DNA from: Antedon mediterranea
Lineage: Eukaryota; Animalia; Echinodermata
DNA length: 64,000 nt
Assembly: GCF_964355755.1 (NCBI RefSeq)
Contig: NC_092674.1
Location: 19,530,001-19,594,000, forward strand
Direction of reading: 5' to 3'
Shown here: one piece after another, positions 1 through 14,020 of the stretch
Layout of the letters: every line of letters starts with the position of its first letter
Numbering within the stretch: the first letter of the stretch is position 1
Translations under genes and position numbers: made by a program
Notes under the pieces: model-generated
The model's input: only the letters and a program-made list of their open reading frames with translations
Told to the model about the DNA's origin: nothing
Database searches by the model: none

Positions 1-197
1 ATAGGAAAATGCGAAGCATTCTCGTTTATTGTGTGCGGGTATTTTTCAAGATAGACATCCATTAGACAGTGTATACCTCGATCGGAAAACACCCCTATTT
101 GAGGCAAATCGTTGAACTTCAATTCGTTTTCATTGTCAATAACTAATTATCTAACTCAATTTAATTAGTAAATAGGCTGACATCAGGTGGTTAAAAT

Positions 198-295
198 CAG
201 TACCAAAAGTTGAAAAACTTTATATACCATCGAGTAAACATTCTAGAAGTAGCACGCGATTTACCGAATTTTGCCCTTACGTAAATGTATATATA
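198..295. repeat. Dispersed repeat fragment; inverted copy at 63901-64000
   Basis: TATATACCATCGAGTAAA..TTCTAGAAGTA..GCGATTTACCGAATTTTGCCCTTACGTAAAT matches the reverse complement of the last ~100 nt of the window with few mismatches. Confidence 0.8.
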
Positions 296-393
296 GGCTA
301 GATAATATCAATAGTGAAGTAATAAATACAAAATAGTACAATATTTTAAACTATATACTGTACAAATATAGTAACATTAAATAATATAAAAAT

Positions 394-566
394 AATGAAT
401 TTTTATGAGGTGAAGGTTGAAAATATTTCACGAGTTGAAAAATTGGACTGCTCTATATTTTCAACGAGGCGGAGCCGAGTTGAAAATAGAGCAGACAATT
501 TTTCCTCGAATGAAATATTCTCTCCATTCAACGAATACAAACATTCGACCTATTGTTTTATAACAG
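394..566. mobile_element. Palindromic MITE-like element
   Basis: Imperfect inverted arms (AATATTTCA..GAAAAATTG..CTGCTCTAT..TTTTCAAC / GTTGAAAATAGAGCAG..CAATTTTTC..TGAAATATT) around a GAGGCGGAGCCGAG centre. Related degenerate pieces near 3450-3610 and 6860-6950. Confidence 0.55.
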
Positions 567-1062
567 TTGAAAGATCACACTTAGGTGTAGTCTCATTAGT
601 AATATCTAACTAAATAGAAAAAAAAACTATGGCATGTAAACTTTGGCCAGTTTACATTTCACTACCCAGTCTGAACACATGGTCTTGTTTGGCCAGTCCA
701 CACCCAACTTTGAGACAATGCTATTGTTTTTAGCTTGTCTCACCTTGCTTTTCACACCTATCAGAAACAATGCTCTTCTATAGCAAGTTTCCATTCACTA
801 TTGTTCATGAGAAACAATGCTCTGCTATAGCTAGTTTCAATCCCTCCCACTGTGTGAACTTGCCATTGTTTCTGGCTTTCACACCAGTCCCACCTTTTCC
901 AAGTTTCCTAAAATGTCTGCATTCTCACTCTTGAGGACGATCAAAGCATATTGATCGAAACGTCGAGAAACTCAACAGTTCTTTTCAGAACTAATATACG
1001 TGGTGTACCGCAAACTTTATATCAACATTTGATTTCGCCATGCAAACCTTCAAACAATATAT

Positions 1063-1295
1063 AAACTATTGTTTTACTATACCTATTAATATGTAAACTA
1101 TTGCTTACTGTACCTAATAAAATGCCAACTATTGCTTACTGTACCTAATAAAATGTCAACTATTGCTTACTATACCTAATAATATGTCAACTTTTGTTTT
1201 ACTGTATCTACTAATAGGTAAACTTTTGTTTTACTGTACCTCTAATAGGTAAACTTTTGTTTTACTGTACCTACTAATAGGTAAACTTTTGTTTT
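1063..1295. repeat. Minisatellite, ~31-32 bp unit, ~7 copies
   Basis: Repeated AACTATTGCTTACTGTACCTAATAAAATGTC-like units. Confidence 0.85.
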
Positions 1296-1476
1296 TTCAT
1301 CTTTTATTGAATTTTTCTACATCATTTCAATTATATCATTACTTATTTTATTTCACTTAAATTTATTATTATGTATTTAATACATCTACCACTAAATATT
1401 CAATATTCATCACTACAGACATATAGAAAGTTTAAAACTGACTCTAAGCGGTGTTCTGGGATTGTATTCCAAAGGT

Positions 1477-4400
1477 TTATCGGACTGCCATGTAGTACTT
1501 AATTCTTAAATCTGGATTAATATTTGGAAAATTATTTCCGCAAAATTCTTCACAACTTTTTGTTCCGTGATCGTAAATGATTCCAAAACAATTTATGTTC
1601 TTGCGACATTTCAATGCGCAGAGAACCGGCGAGTGTGTAAAAAAACGGCGTATAACCGATGGTGGCGCATTTCCATTAGTCTTAAAGACGTGGAAAAGAT
1701 GTGGTTTCGGGAATTCATAATCTGTAAAATAATAAATGCATATTGTGTATTACTATCATATTGTGTCAAGTAAATTCTGGCAAAACTAGCAACAAATCAA
1801 CAACAAAAAAAGACAAGGATAACGAAAATATTAATTTGTAACGTTTATGATGATTTTACAATGATGATGATTTTAATGCTGACAATCTTATTTCATCAGG
1901 CCCAAACATTTTAAAACTGATTAATGACGATTTACGAAATCCCGTTTTTAGTAGTAAGTAATTAACACTAACAACTTTGGTTTTTGCAAGCGTATATTCT
2001 TATGTTCATCTTTGCGATAAAAAAGTCAACCAATCAGAATAGGATTCGCCTAGTGAAAACAGGCTTAAAGACAATACATCTTACTTCTAATAAAATTGTT
2101 CAGGTCTCTTGCTTCTTTTACCTCATATTCATCAAGGCTCTCGTGGTAAACCTGTAGCTTAGCCATCTTCATTACACTCTCATCACCACCAAACGCAATG
2201 CTTCCAAAATTGATTTCCGTGAATTCCGTATCAGCCGTACAAGCAATCTCCCCATTTCGCCAAAGTAGAATTTTTCTTTCGAATCCGTTGAAAGTAAGAG
2301 CAAAGAATGTCCACTCTTCAGAACGTATGACATTGCAACGGATAACCTCGCCATACACGTTGTAATTGACCGCTACTTCTGACACGTGATATAATCTATT
2401 AGTGGCGGGAAAAGCAAAAATGAATTCAAATGAATCGGAATAAACGAAGGTATTTTCTGAACCGTCGATCATGAACACAAAGAAAGCCAACGTAAAAGTT
2501 GAGCCTTTGTGTCCATACAGTAAAGTTATCTGCGAACCAATATCTTTGTTTATCAATACTGCTTCATCTTGCTCGCCATAAATTCCGGTAGTAAATTCTA
2601 GATTCGATGATCCTTTTAAGTAATTGATGTTGCAAGATATGTCTTGCAAGTGGTAAGTCTTGTTCAATGGACTAACTTGGATTGGAGTCACATACTGATC
2701 AGGCTCTGTAAAATTGAGGACACTATAATGAGACGGATTTGAACAAATTAACTAACCCACATCAACGATCAGCAAAACTTGATTATTGTGATAATAATTA
2801 CAAACTAGAAAAAATAAATTAGAAGGATTGAGTGAGTGTGCGCATACTCTTATTTACTTTCATTAAAAAACTAAATTAGATTCTTCACGCCATAGTCATT
2901 TTAAACATTTGAAAAATCGAATGAAAACAAATTTAGATGATTGATCAGCGGACTATCGCACCCCATCCACCGGAGATACTTACCAGTATTCATTTTCTGG
3001 TCATCACTGTATACTTTAATTTCACAAATTGTTATGTATTCCTGTTTATGAGGATGCCATAGTTTCACATAGCGTCCTCTGATTGGTGGGTTGCAAGTGA
3101 TTTCAAGCAATGGTGAGCGTAACGCATCCTCATTTTGTACAGGCTGACCACAAGTTGTTACCGTCTTCAAGTCACTTTCAGTAATCATAACCTCAGCACC
3201 CACAATGCGCATGTTGTTCAAAGTACTGGCTGTTCACAAATTATTTTAGATGATGATAATAAATAAAATGAGGGAGTATACCATCTACACATAATAATTA
3301 TAGTCTATTAACTTTCCTACACAAAAGCATCTCTCTCCCCGAAAAAAAATGTTATTATAAGTTTAAATAGAATAACATTTATTCAATATATAATAATTTA
3401 AAAGGTAACAATAAAAACAATAATCGCTTATAACAATAATAAAGATATTTTTATAACACCTAAATCAATTCATGTCATTTGATTGGACGATTGTGGGTCA
3501 CATGGTGTGCAGTAGTATACAAATAATGAATGTTTATGAGTGGAATCGTACAAATGGGCTTCGCCGAGTGGAAATTATCATCTCTCATCATTCACCGAAT
3601 TATATTATTGGACAATTACCATATTGAATAAGGCCTATTTTGATTAACATTGAAATTTGATTCATATTTTTGTAATGTAAAAATATATTGTTTGTTACAT
3701 TTGACTGTGAACCTTATGGCCAATTTTCTGATGAAACCCGTCACTGTGACTTGTAGATAAGTATAGTTTTGTTGATTTTGACATATGATGTTGTTATTCA
3801 AAAGTGAGTGAAAATCATGGCATGCGCGTAAGATGACATGAATGTTATTGTTGGATGGTGACAGTATTCCGGTCTATTTAAGGAAAAAAATACATTGTTT
3901 ACTTATTTTATTAATAATAACCACTGTTGATATGTTGTAGTCAGTTTCAAGATCGATCTCAAGCCATTCACCGACAATCTTTCTTCCTATTAAAAAAAAA
4001 CATTTTTTTTACATTATTTAACATGGTCAGTGCCTATTATAAGCTTACACATAATAAACGGATAAAAGCGAACAGTTTCTTAGGTTGGACATAATCATGG
4101 CATAGGCCTAAATTAAGAATTCTTTTTGTTTGAGGTTAATTGTTTTAAAAATGTTCTCGACGTACAGCTAAAGTTTATTTTAAGCAACTATAGAGACATG
4201 TACCGGCATTAACGAATAGCTTATTTAGGCCTACATATTTCGTCGAAAAGTCTCTACTTTAGAATAATGAGACCTCACCTGTATGAGAACATGACGGTTC
4301 TCTTTCAACTCCATCGGTTGCATACTCAGGCAAGTAACTTGAATATACAGATGATGATGTCACTGTCTTGTTAAAAGATACGAGTGCTGAAATGCATTTT

Positions 4401-4627
4401 CATTTCGACCAAAAAACACATATAAATATTTCAAGAAATTGTAAACTGTACTTTGAATTAATCTACGATTTTAATAAATAGGCAAATTCTATTGTTAATT
4501 GTCAAAGTTGTTGAAATGATAATAATCGTACTTATTTATCTATTTCTTGTAAGCTTGCTGCTGCTTCACCATTTGTAAAACTTTTTACCTCCACTATTGC
4601 TACTACTGTACTACTACTACTACTAAA

Positions 4628-4715
<88 letters not shown>

Positions 4716-4957
4716 CTACTACTACTACTACTATCACCAATTGAATGGTTTTACTAAAAGTTGTTAATTGTTGTATTACCAAACAAATAGAAACTGTCGC
4801 CACAAGTCAAACGTTCGCACCCTACATCACCACACTTACTGTTTGCTGATTTAATGAAGAATACTAAATAAATACTATACAACTCACCTGCATGAGCAGT
4901 TGAAAAGTTAAAAAGAAAACGAAAATAAACAAGAAACGCAACACCAAAATACATCAT
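1477..4957 (-). CDS. Secreted mosaic protein (~457 aa): signal peptide, F-type lectin (FTP/fucolectin-like) domain, LamG/pentraxin-like domain, C-terminal PAN/apple-like domain
   Basis: Hand-assembled exons 4957-4888, 4386-4279, 3986-3903, 3229-2984, 2705-2085, 1721-1477; all introns GT-AG and phase 1; frame open to TAA at 1477. Signal peptide MMYFGVAFLVYFRFLFNFSTAHA. FTP motifs YATDG..CSHT, WLEIDL, CG, CNPPIRGRYV, ITICEIKVY. LamG-like EWTFFALTF..LWRNG. C-terminal CALKC..C..IIY..C. Confidence 0.75.
4600..4733. repeat. (TAC)n microsatellite in intron 1 of the lectin gene
   Basis: ~44 near-perfect trinucleotide units. Confidence 0.97.
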
Positions 4958-6049
4958 GCTCAATCAATTGCTATGAATCTCGTTAACGATACAACTTGTT
5001 ACTTTGACATCCAATTCACACTGTAAATGCTTAATATCTTCCCCCAATATTTCTAGTCGACCTTCAAACAATGCGAACGTGTGTTTAACAATAAAAAAAA
5101 CCCAATTTATCATTTCGATTTAATAACTTGTAAATAAAAACGTTTAAGTCTTCTCGTTAAATTTCTTTCTTTCATATATTACCTAATTTAAAAAGTAAAT
5201 TACATTATATTGAATCGTGCATGTTTATAATAACGATAATCCTGTACTTTCAGTAGTATTTGTCCACAATAATTAATGTGCATAAAATGTAATTCTGATA
5301 TTCCTGATAAAAATATTGTACAAATAAAGATTTTTTTTAGTTTTTCTAGGTTGAACGTAGAATTAGTCAAACTTTACCCGGTCTCATTTAACACCTGCCG
5401 ACTCTCTGATAATGACGAGTCTTCCTTCTCGCTCTTCCGCTAAAATGTAATTTCTCCCTTTGGATAAACAAACCCATTTATAATTTCTACTACTCTTAAA
5501 AAAATACTAATAGCGATACCCATGTACTATACAGTATTTATTAAGTTATTTTAGAAAAGTTCGTCACATTAGAAAAATGGTAATACAGTATTTTTTAATT
5601 TATTTTTTGCTGATCATTAGGAACCCTCAAATGTTCACAAGACAAAGATATACACAAGATGCTCCACATAAACAAAGTACTATTACAAGTCTTTGGGAGT
5701 GGAGTTGTAATTTTGTCCTAAAAAAAATCATGACATGTGACGGGTGAATTTTGTTTTTAATTATTGTATTATTTATAAATTAAGTGTTTGAGCCAAATTT
5801 CACTTATATGATTCATAACCGTAAGCCTATTATAGTATAATAAGCTAGAACGAATCATACAATTATGATTAATTTAAATAATTATAAGTATAGAATATAG
5901 TAATTTGTTTTTTTTTTTATTACTATAAATATATTCATTTCGTAATAAAGTTTCATAATATTCATACATTAACGTATCTATTTAAATGTTAATTTCTTAA
6001 CACATTTTCTTCTTAGCGTATTAATTTCTAAGCGCATTCATTTTCTTAA

Positions 6050-6475
6050 ACATATTCATTTCTTAACATAATCAATTTAGCATATTCATTTCTTAACACA
6101 ATTCATATTTTAGCATATTCATTTCTTAACATAATTCATATTTTAGCATATTCATTTCTTAACATAATTCATATTTTAGCATATTCATTTCTTAACATAA
6201 TTCATATTTTAGCATATTCATTTCTTAACATAATTCATATTTTAGCATATTCATTTCTTAACATAATTCATATTTTAGCATGTTCATTTCTTAGTAACAT
6301 AATCAATTTAGCATATTCATTTCTTAACATAATTCATATTTTAGCATATTCATTTCTTAACATAATTCATATTTTAGCATATTCATTTCTTAGTAACATA
6401 ATCAAATTTTAGCATATTCATTTCTAAACATAATTCATATTTTAGAATATTCATTTCTTAACATAATCATATTTT
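6050..6475. repeat. Minisatellite, 33-bp unit, ~13 copies
   Basis: Repeated CATATTCATTTCTTAACATAATTCATATTTTAG. Confidence 0.92.
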
Positions 6476-7606
6476 ATTTAATATTTTAATTTAATTTATT
6501 TTTAATATAGTAATTTAGACCTTCGTAATCTAACTGAGGTAGTGAAGGCTATAATGTAATTCGGAAGTAAAGCATGACAATGAGAGCAGAATGATAAGGA
6601 AGTAGCACTTCTACATTTCAAAACACTTGATATATTTTTTTTATTTTAAAAATATTTTTCAGGGATAAAAATGAAAATGTATAAGAGAGTTTAAGAGTTT
6701 TAAACTTAAAATTGTAGCGAGATCCGTTCTTTACAATATTTTTAACCAACAAGCCAATTTATAGTAACATCATCACGGATAACAATAAAAACATATAATA
6801 TGTTTAGTCATGAACGCCTCAGTAGGCCTACTGTATTATTTAAACGATATTTGCTATTATAACACACATGGTTGTATTCTTGCAATTTGTAGTAGGTGAC
6901 CTGTATTGAAAAAAAAAATAATGAATAAGTTTTTGTATTCGTTGAATTTTACTCTTCACTCTTCACAATTGCACTGTTCACCAACCACGACGTTTATTCT
7001 TCATAGTTTTTAGAAATGCCTCTCTATTTATAACATTTCTGTACAATAGAATAGAGATTTTACTGTGTAATTTGAACTATCCCCTCACCGATAAGAAAGT
7101 GCTTATTTTCAACAAGCTTGTGTAACACAAATAAAATTCCAAAAATTATGAAACATAGAAGAAACTTTAGATCGATAATTATGGGAATGTATGATCAATA
7201 GAATGTTTTTACTCGCACCTGGCCTTGACACGTACAGTAAAAAATAGTGGTAGTAAGTAATGTACGTAACAATAGTACATTATAAAATACAGTTTAGGCC
7301 TGCATAAAATGTTTAGTCTATTATAGGCTTCTCCTCCTAGTCAATTTCCCAAGTGGAAGTTTCAGGAGGAAACAAACCAAGTACCAAGTACCAAGGCTCA
7401 TCAGTACATAATAATTGGAAAACAAACACAGTAAAAATACTCCATTTGCCCCGTAAAAACAAAAAATAATAATAGTAGGCCTACTAGGCACACACAATGG
7501 AATACTTGGTTGGCAAACAAACGAATGACAACACTACGTGGTTTGCTATCGGAAACTGGTCTTGGTGGCTGATTGAGATCGTTATCGGTAAATGGGGCGA
7601 ACTACT

Positions 7607-8337
7607 CAGGAGCGGATTTAGAGGCGGGTGGGGGGGGGGCGGTCCGGCCCCGGCCCCCTTTTGTAATATTATGCACCCATTTAGATACGATTTTACAAGA
7701 AAAGGGGGTACAGATCAACATTAAAAATCGTTAAAATCTTCCTATTTTTTTTAAAGTTGAACCGATACCGTACGCGCTGACAATTCGATGACAAACGAGA
7801 CGATGTTTTTTGTACTCTTTTAAAGTCTGATATTTCAAAATAACAAGTGTGTAAGTAAACCTAAATTTTAATATAAAAACAATTTAATTTAATGTTTGTC
7901 TTTAGTGTAAAGACTAGATTAAGATATCAGCGAAAACATTTCCTAGGCCTGCTGGGTTGAAGCATCAAAACCCGTAACTTTTTTCAATTTTCACACGAGC
8001 CCGGCTGCTGCGCGTGACCGGCCTTGGCTTTCCAAAACTTCACGTCCATGTGTCCCAGCAACGTCGAAATAACTAAGAAACCATTAACGATCGCTTAAAA
8101 AATGTGTAAAAATTTGCGACGGGAAACAGGCTTTAGGCGCAAAAAAAACCAGTTCCGTATATTTTAATATATTTAAAAATATGGTCTATAAAACCCACTA
8201 TATTCAGATAATTATATGACAAGAATCGACTGGCCAAAACGCCTCAGATGCTATCTCCGGGCGTCTAGAAAAAAAATTATCCGGGCGAGCATGCCCCCGG
8301 ACTCCCCTAGACGATTAAAATCCTAGATCCGCCCCTG
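7607..8337. mobile_element. Non-autonomous TIR DNA transposon (MITE)
   Basis: Left end CAGGAGCGGATTTAG and right end CTAGATCCGCCCCTG are imperfect inverted termini. CTACT flanks both ends. No ORF. Confidence 0.7.
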
Positions 8338-9079
8338 CTACTTGCAAGCGCCATAATATTAAAACACTGTACTTACCCCTCTAAACAAAGCCAAAGTGTC
8401 ATGTTATATTTTATGTTATGTAGTTTCATAATCATTATTAAAAATTTAGACATAATATAACCGTACTATAACACTAACAAGAATTCCATTTTGGTGAAGT
8501 ATCAATGTTGAGTGGACAATAATCGGTTTATTTGATTCTTAATTCCTGTTTTCAGAGTCACTATCCAATTAGATTTTAACCATACCTTGAAAGTTGTCTA
8601 ATGGTAGGTCTAAATAACTAACGCACGAGCAAAGATACATCCAGCTATTCTCATTGCCTTTCTTCTGATACTCCATTATTCGATCCACAATACGTGGGTT
8701 TCAATTTTAGTAAAACCCGCTCAGTAGACCAACAGTTCCAGTCATGTTACCCCAATACCCAGCCCCTCCCCTTTTCAAAGAATAATTGAGATAACCAATG
8801 TGTATTGATTTATGAACAAATGTAGGCCTACAAATGTGATAGGTTTAGTCATAATAAAAACGTAGAAGCTTGCCCCTGTGATTTTATATAGAATTAAGAA
8901 GGCTTTTCTATAACAAAGAAAAATGAAGAAAATGATAACCGTTTAACAAGCAGCAATTTCAAATTTTACTGGGTTTAAGATGATGTCTAAACATAAATAT
9001 AAAGAACATCTAATTACACTAGCCAGCCAGATTTGCTCCAACAAAAAACTATTCTTGAGTTGGATGCAAACAAAAATAT

Positions 9080-10513
9080 AACTAGAATTTAATTCGTCAC
9101 TTTGACGAATTATAGGTGATCATTTTTATCATTTTAATGAAATTAATACTTTTTAAACATGCATGTACGTTAACATACGATCGTAAAAAGTTGATGTACG
9201 CCATCCTTGATGCATACGCTTATAGTGCTGAGTTGTGCCTATTATATGCCATATACAATATGTACAGTATATACTGTATATCTATATACAGTGTAGCATA
9301 GGTGAAATTACGGGACCCACATCATGTTCTAATTTTTTGGTATGATGGAATTATCATAATAAACTCGAAGATGGCAATTTCAAAAGGTAATGAATTGAGC
9401 AAATAAATATAAGGATTGGAAGAGAATTTGACACGTAGAAGCGCAATGCGCGCTCTTTGAAATTTGTATAAATTTGACGAAAGAGAAAAAAAAACTGACC
9501 ATTTCATAATGTCACAACATCCGATAGGCCTAATTTTTATATGAATTCATATCCACGTTTCATCAGCTTTTATAATAAATTATAATCTTCAAGGTCACCT
9601 TTAATTCTGAAGAGCTGTAAGATATTCAAATGTATGGTGTAGCTGAAAATACACGACCTAGGTTATTCAAGTTTTTACGCATGATGCCGTCATCAAAACG
9701 AAAATGTTGACAACTCCTGAGAAAGATAATTAATTGAGCAAGCACATCCTAAAATTTGTGCGAAAATTGGGCTCAAATAACGGAGATGGGCTCTGTTGAA
9801 TGTGATAACCCACACAAAAACATAAAAATTACTAATTTTTAAATTCAAGTGGCCATTTGATGACGTAATACCATTTTGTACGTCTAATGTGTATATACAT
9901 TTATATCTACAACTCAATGGCTTCCCGAATAAGTTAAAAAACTTAGGGGTCATCGTGCATTCTGAAGAGTTATATTCATTTTAAAAAGGCCTTATTTTTC
10001 ACCATTTTCAGCACTTTCATGCAATTAATTTGCGCATTTTGTTATTTTTAACCTGCTCGTATAGCGTTATTTTAAGTCGGAACTGACTCAAATTTGGTGA
10101 ATGTACTAAGGATGGTGAGTAGAATGCGATTTGTATAAAAAATTGCAATTTTTACGCTTTGTAAGTATCGCGCGCGCAAAATATTTTTTTTGCGCAGTAA
10201 TTTTTTGAAACACGCAAATGGCCTAATTCATGCTCTAAATTGATTAAAACGTAATTTTGAGCTTTTTAAATTTTTAATGCGCGTTTCCACACGCATGACC
10301 CTACGTGCGCGCACGTTTTTATTTGCTGATATTTTTTCCCTTGACCTGAAGTTTATGTGTAGTGAATTTCATAAATATGTTATAATGAATTATGGATATA
10401 TGATTGATAATGTGATTTCACAAAATGGCGTATACGTGACGTCACGGGTGAGAGATCACGCTGAAAAGCTTATTATGGCTGGTGATCATTTTATTCTAAA
10501 TGATCACCTAATA
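9080..10513 (-). mobile_element. Helentron-associated non-autonomous element (HINE/DINE-1-like)
   Basis: 13-bp subterminal inverted repeat TAGGTGATCATTT (9113-9125 / 10498-10510), terminal stem-loop AATTCGTCA-CTT-TGACGAATT (9091-9111), CTAGT end on the minus strand, A/T-rich flanks. Confidence 0.65.
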
Positions 10514-11851
10514 ATTATCTTTCGGCTATGTCCAATAAGGGGGTGTCTGTTCAATTTAATTATGACATTTTTTCCCCATTGTTTAGCTCTAAGTTTTGCG
10601 ATAGTACTGATTACTCTGCTCGAAATCTTCTTGAATATAATGTAGGAACACTTTCGAGATTTCGGGTGGAGCAGCATGTCATGGAGAGAGCCTTCTGAAC
10701 ATCAACATTCATAAAGCCTCTTACTGTGATCAAATTGGTAATGCCATTCTGAAAAAAAGTATTTCTTTAACCAAAGTTCAGTTATTATTGGATTCCAGTA
10801 AATTTCCGTCATCTTTTATCTTTATATAAGACCATTATTAGGCCTCATAGTGACCGTAAAGTGCTTGTTGATAATGTTTTCTTGACAAGATTATGAACTC
10901 TATCTTTTTTAACCTTCGTGACTTTGTAATCCTCTTTAATCGTATCAATGTGACTAAGAGCGGTTTATCCAAGCGCTTGTGCGATTGATTTAACGTTATT
11001 TGTATTGTGTAATGTGTTTGACTCTTTAAAAAATGTCCAAAATTCTGTTTTAAATATTTTGTCATTTTTGTATATTTGTATTGTCTCATGTTTATCAACT
11101 TTGTATAAGGGGAGGTTTTCATCTCTGTCAGTTACTTTCTTTTCTTTGTTGACGATTATTAAATATTCGATCACGTTACCTTCTGCGTCTAACAAATAGT
11201 CAGACCAGAACGGATTGGACAATTCTTCAGCCCTTCTCGCATTGCTTCACTGTAGATAACTCAAAACAAATTTCGGACATTACAAAAAGTTTTGCGGATT
11301 CATAATAAATAAAAGCTTGTCGACACACTACCAGATTTTCCCTTATTGTTTTTAAAACATCAAAACATGGGGAAAAGAATAGGCCTACCAATATGTAGGC
11401 CTAATAATGTTGTGGTATACGTAACTACACTGTAATGATGGTGGTTGTTATGAGATGATGGTGATGATGCCAAATACTATTCCTGTTTCCTAATTTCAAT
11501 CACATTTGGTGTACTTAAAAACTGACCAAATTAATTTTCATCAACATTCTCATCAAATACACAACCGTCTTAGATCACAATGGGAACCGATGGTAAATAG
11601 ACACACCTAGAGCCTGATGTACTAATTTTACTAATTGAAATTGCCGAACGACATTATGAAAAAAACTGATAAATACGACACTAATAACAATTATAAAGCT
11701 TTTAAAGGTAAATTAACGCAATTTGTAGTGATCACAACAAGATCCGACCGAACGGGACGACCAACGAACATCAAGGCAATGTAAATAGAATAAAACACAG
11801 CAAAATAATGCTTCTCAAAAAAGGGGCAAGTGATAAGAGTTGTTAACAATG

Positions 11852-12614
11852 TTTTTAGTCGCGTGGAAGCGACTCTATAGTTCACTATGTCGGTCGGTCG
11901 GTCTGTCTGTCTGTCGGTCTGTCTGTCGGTCTGTCTGTCTGTCGGTCCGGTATCACTATGCGTTTTATCGCTTTCTGACCTTATCTTGATATCAGTTTAA
12001 TCTAGCTAGGTCAATTTTTCACAGTATATTCCTTATGGCCAGGAATCAATGTGGTTATGTTTTCACGGTGCGCAATAAAAAATTACGCGGTCTACGCACG
12101 ATTTAACGAAATCACGTTTGTAATCATATCTTCACAACCATGAATCACAATTAAATAAAATTTGGTACTCATAAATTTCAGGGCATAAATCATCATATGG
12201 CAATACAATTACGTGCGTAGCGCATGTAACGCATGCGTACGCGCGCTTAACATTTTCAAAATTTATTTTCGATGAAATAAGAGTACATTTCAGGCAATTT
12301 TAAGCGTTTACAAAATTGCCATGATTGCGCATATTTTTGCGCGCGCACTGCGCGTTAAATGTTATTGCGCACTCTTTTTGCCCGATTTCTGTTTTCTTGA
12401 CTTACTTTTCAACTCGAAATTACGTTATACGAGCACACAAATTAAAAAAAAATAAATTTTTTTAAACATTTCAACATTTTTAAACATGTTCAGTAATTTC
12501 GGTCAGTATAGTTCACTATGTCGGTCGGTCGGTCTCTGTCTGTCTGTCTGTCGGTCTGTCGGTCCGGTATCCCTATGCATTGTAGCACGCGACTTAATGG
12601 CTGTTGGCCTTGTT
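11852..12614 (+). mobile_element. Helentron-associated non-autonomous element (HINE/DINE-1-like)
   Basis: TTTTTAGTCGCGTG start, internal (GTCG/GTCT)n microsatellites with a duplicated block, subterminal inverse CACGCGACT (12586-12594), small GGC..GCC hairpin, TTGTT end. Confidence 0.7.
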
Positions 12615-12949
12615 AAACATAGTGTTTATAACAATTAAATCCTCATCCTCGTCCACTCCGGTCCTTAGGTCTCTAATGACTTTCCGTACTGTATCTTAAA
12701 AAAAAAAAATTAAATGTACTATATAAATAAAAGGGAAAAAAATGCGTCACCACCCTCTAGAAATAACTTTATTGATATAGTGCGTAATGGGCATGTTAAA
12801 AGAAGTGTACAATTAACAAATGTTATACTATACACTAGAGTGGTGTCAACTTAGTACGATACTAAGTAGCCCTAATACATCTGACAGGTTATACTTCAGT
12901 TTTTATTAAATATTTTCTTATTTTAGATAATATATGATTTATTGCTTAT

Positions 12950-14020
12950 TTAAACTGTATTATTATGTGTACCACCGTAGTATTATATTAGTTAAGTGGT
13001 CAACTACGCATTCATGTGATTTACATCACTTTCGCAACAATGTATTGTATAGTTTCATTATTGTATGTAAACGAAGATGGAACTTTATTTACCTTTACTC
13101 GGATCAATGACATTATTTATTACATTACATGTTTTTTTAATATTGCCATTTGTGTGATTGAAAAGATTTTCATTTTTATTAGGCCTTAGCGGCCCAGGAC
13201 TTTTTGGATGATTTTATAGTTTATTAAGGTTTTTATTATAATAATTATAGGAACTTAAAATTGTCCAGAAAGGCATTATAAGCGACATCAGGATTTCATA
13301 TACTCCAAGTCACTCTGCACTTAACAAGTTATTATTTAGTTTCATAATATTTCTATTGTTAACTGTGTATGTGTCACATGAGACTGAATTGCCTTTGTAC
13401 ATGTACGTATTTACGTAGTAAGAAGAAGCGGAGTGAGTTATTTGATATACTGGTAAATGGTCGGAGATTAGCAGGCCTATACCAGAGAAGATCTTTTCGG
13501 AAATTGTATTTGAAAATATGTTGTCAATTAATGTTACTGACTTATTATGTATTCTAGTTGGTCTAGATATAGATGGATAAATAACATCATTTACATCAGT
13601 ACATGAGCAGATTAAGATTAAAATCTCCCATGATATAACATGGTTTACCTTCTTTATCAATAACAGTGAGGACATCATCAAATGAATCATTAAACATATC
13701 TATTTTTATATCTGGTGGATTGTAGACAATACCAACAATTACATTTGTGCACCTTTTTTTTCGATTATCTCAATAAACATACATTCATTTATTTATATAT
13801 ATTTGAGACATATAAGCCAACACCGCCTCCTTTTCGATTCTCCCTGTCTAGAGCATGGAAGTCGTAGTTTGGTAAATATGTCCTAGGTGATGTTTCTTTG
13901 AGCCATGTTTTTGATATGCCAATTACAGTGAATGACTGTTTAATGCTGTTTAGATAAGTAATTAATTTAGTGTTTTTTTTAGTGTTTGTTAATACTTCTG
14001 ATATTGTAGTGTAAGAATGA
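12950..14020 (-). mobile_element. Decayed non-LTR retrotransposon fragment (APE endonuclease region, CR1/L2-like)
   Basis: Minus-strand motifs TWLKE, DRENRKGGGVGLY, RPTRI..TLIDNIF and SDHLPV, broken by stops and frameshifts. Boundaries approximate. Confidence 0.8.

Noticed and set aside
4603-4803. Poly-Val ORF
   Set aside because: Translation of the intronic (TAC)n microsatellite.
10630-11260. Overlapping minus-strand ORFs (85 and 94 aa)
   Set aside because: Possibly a decayed coding fragment, but no recognisable motif, ATG context or splice structure.
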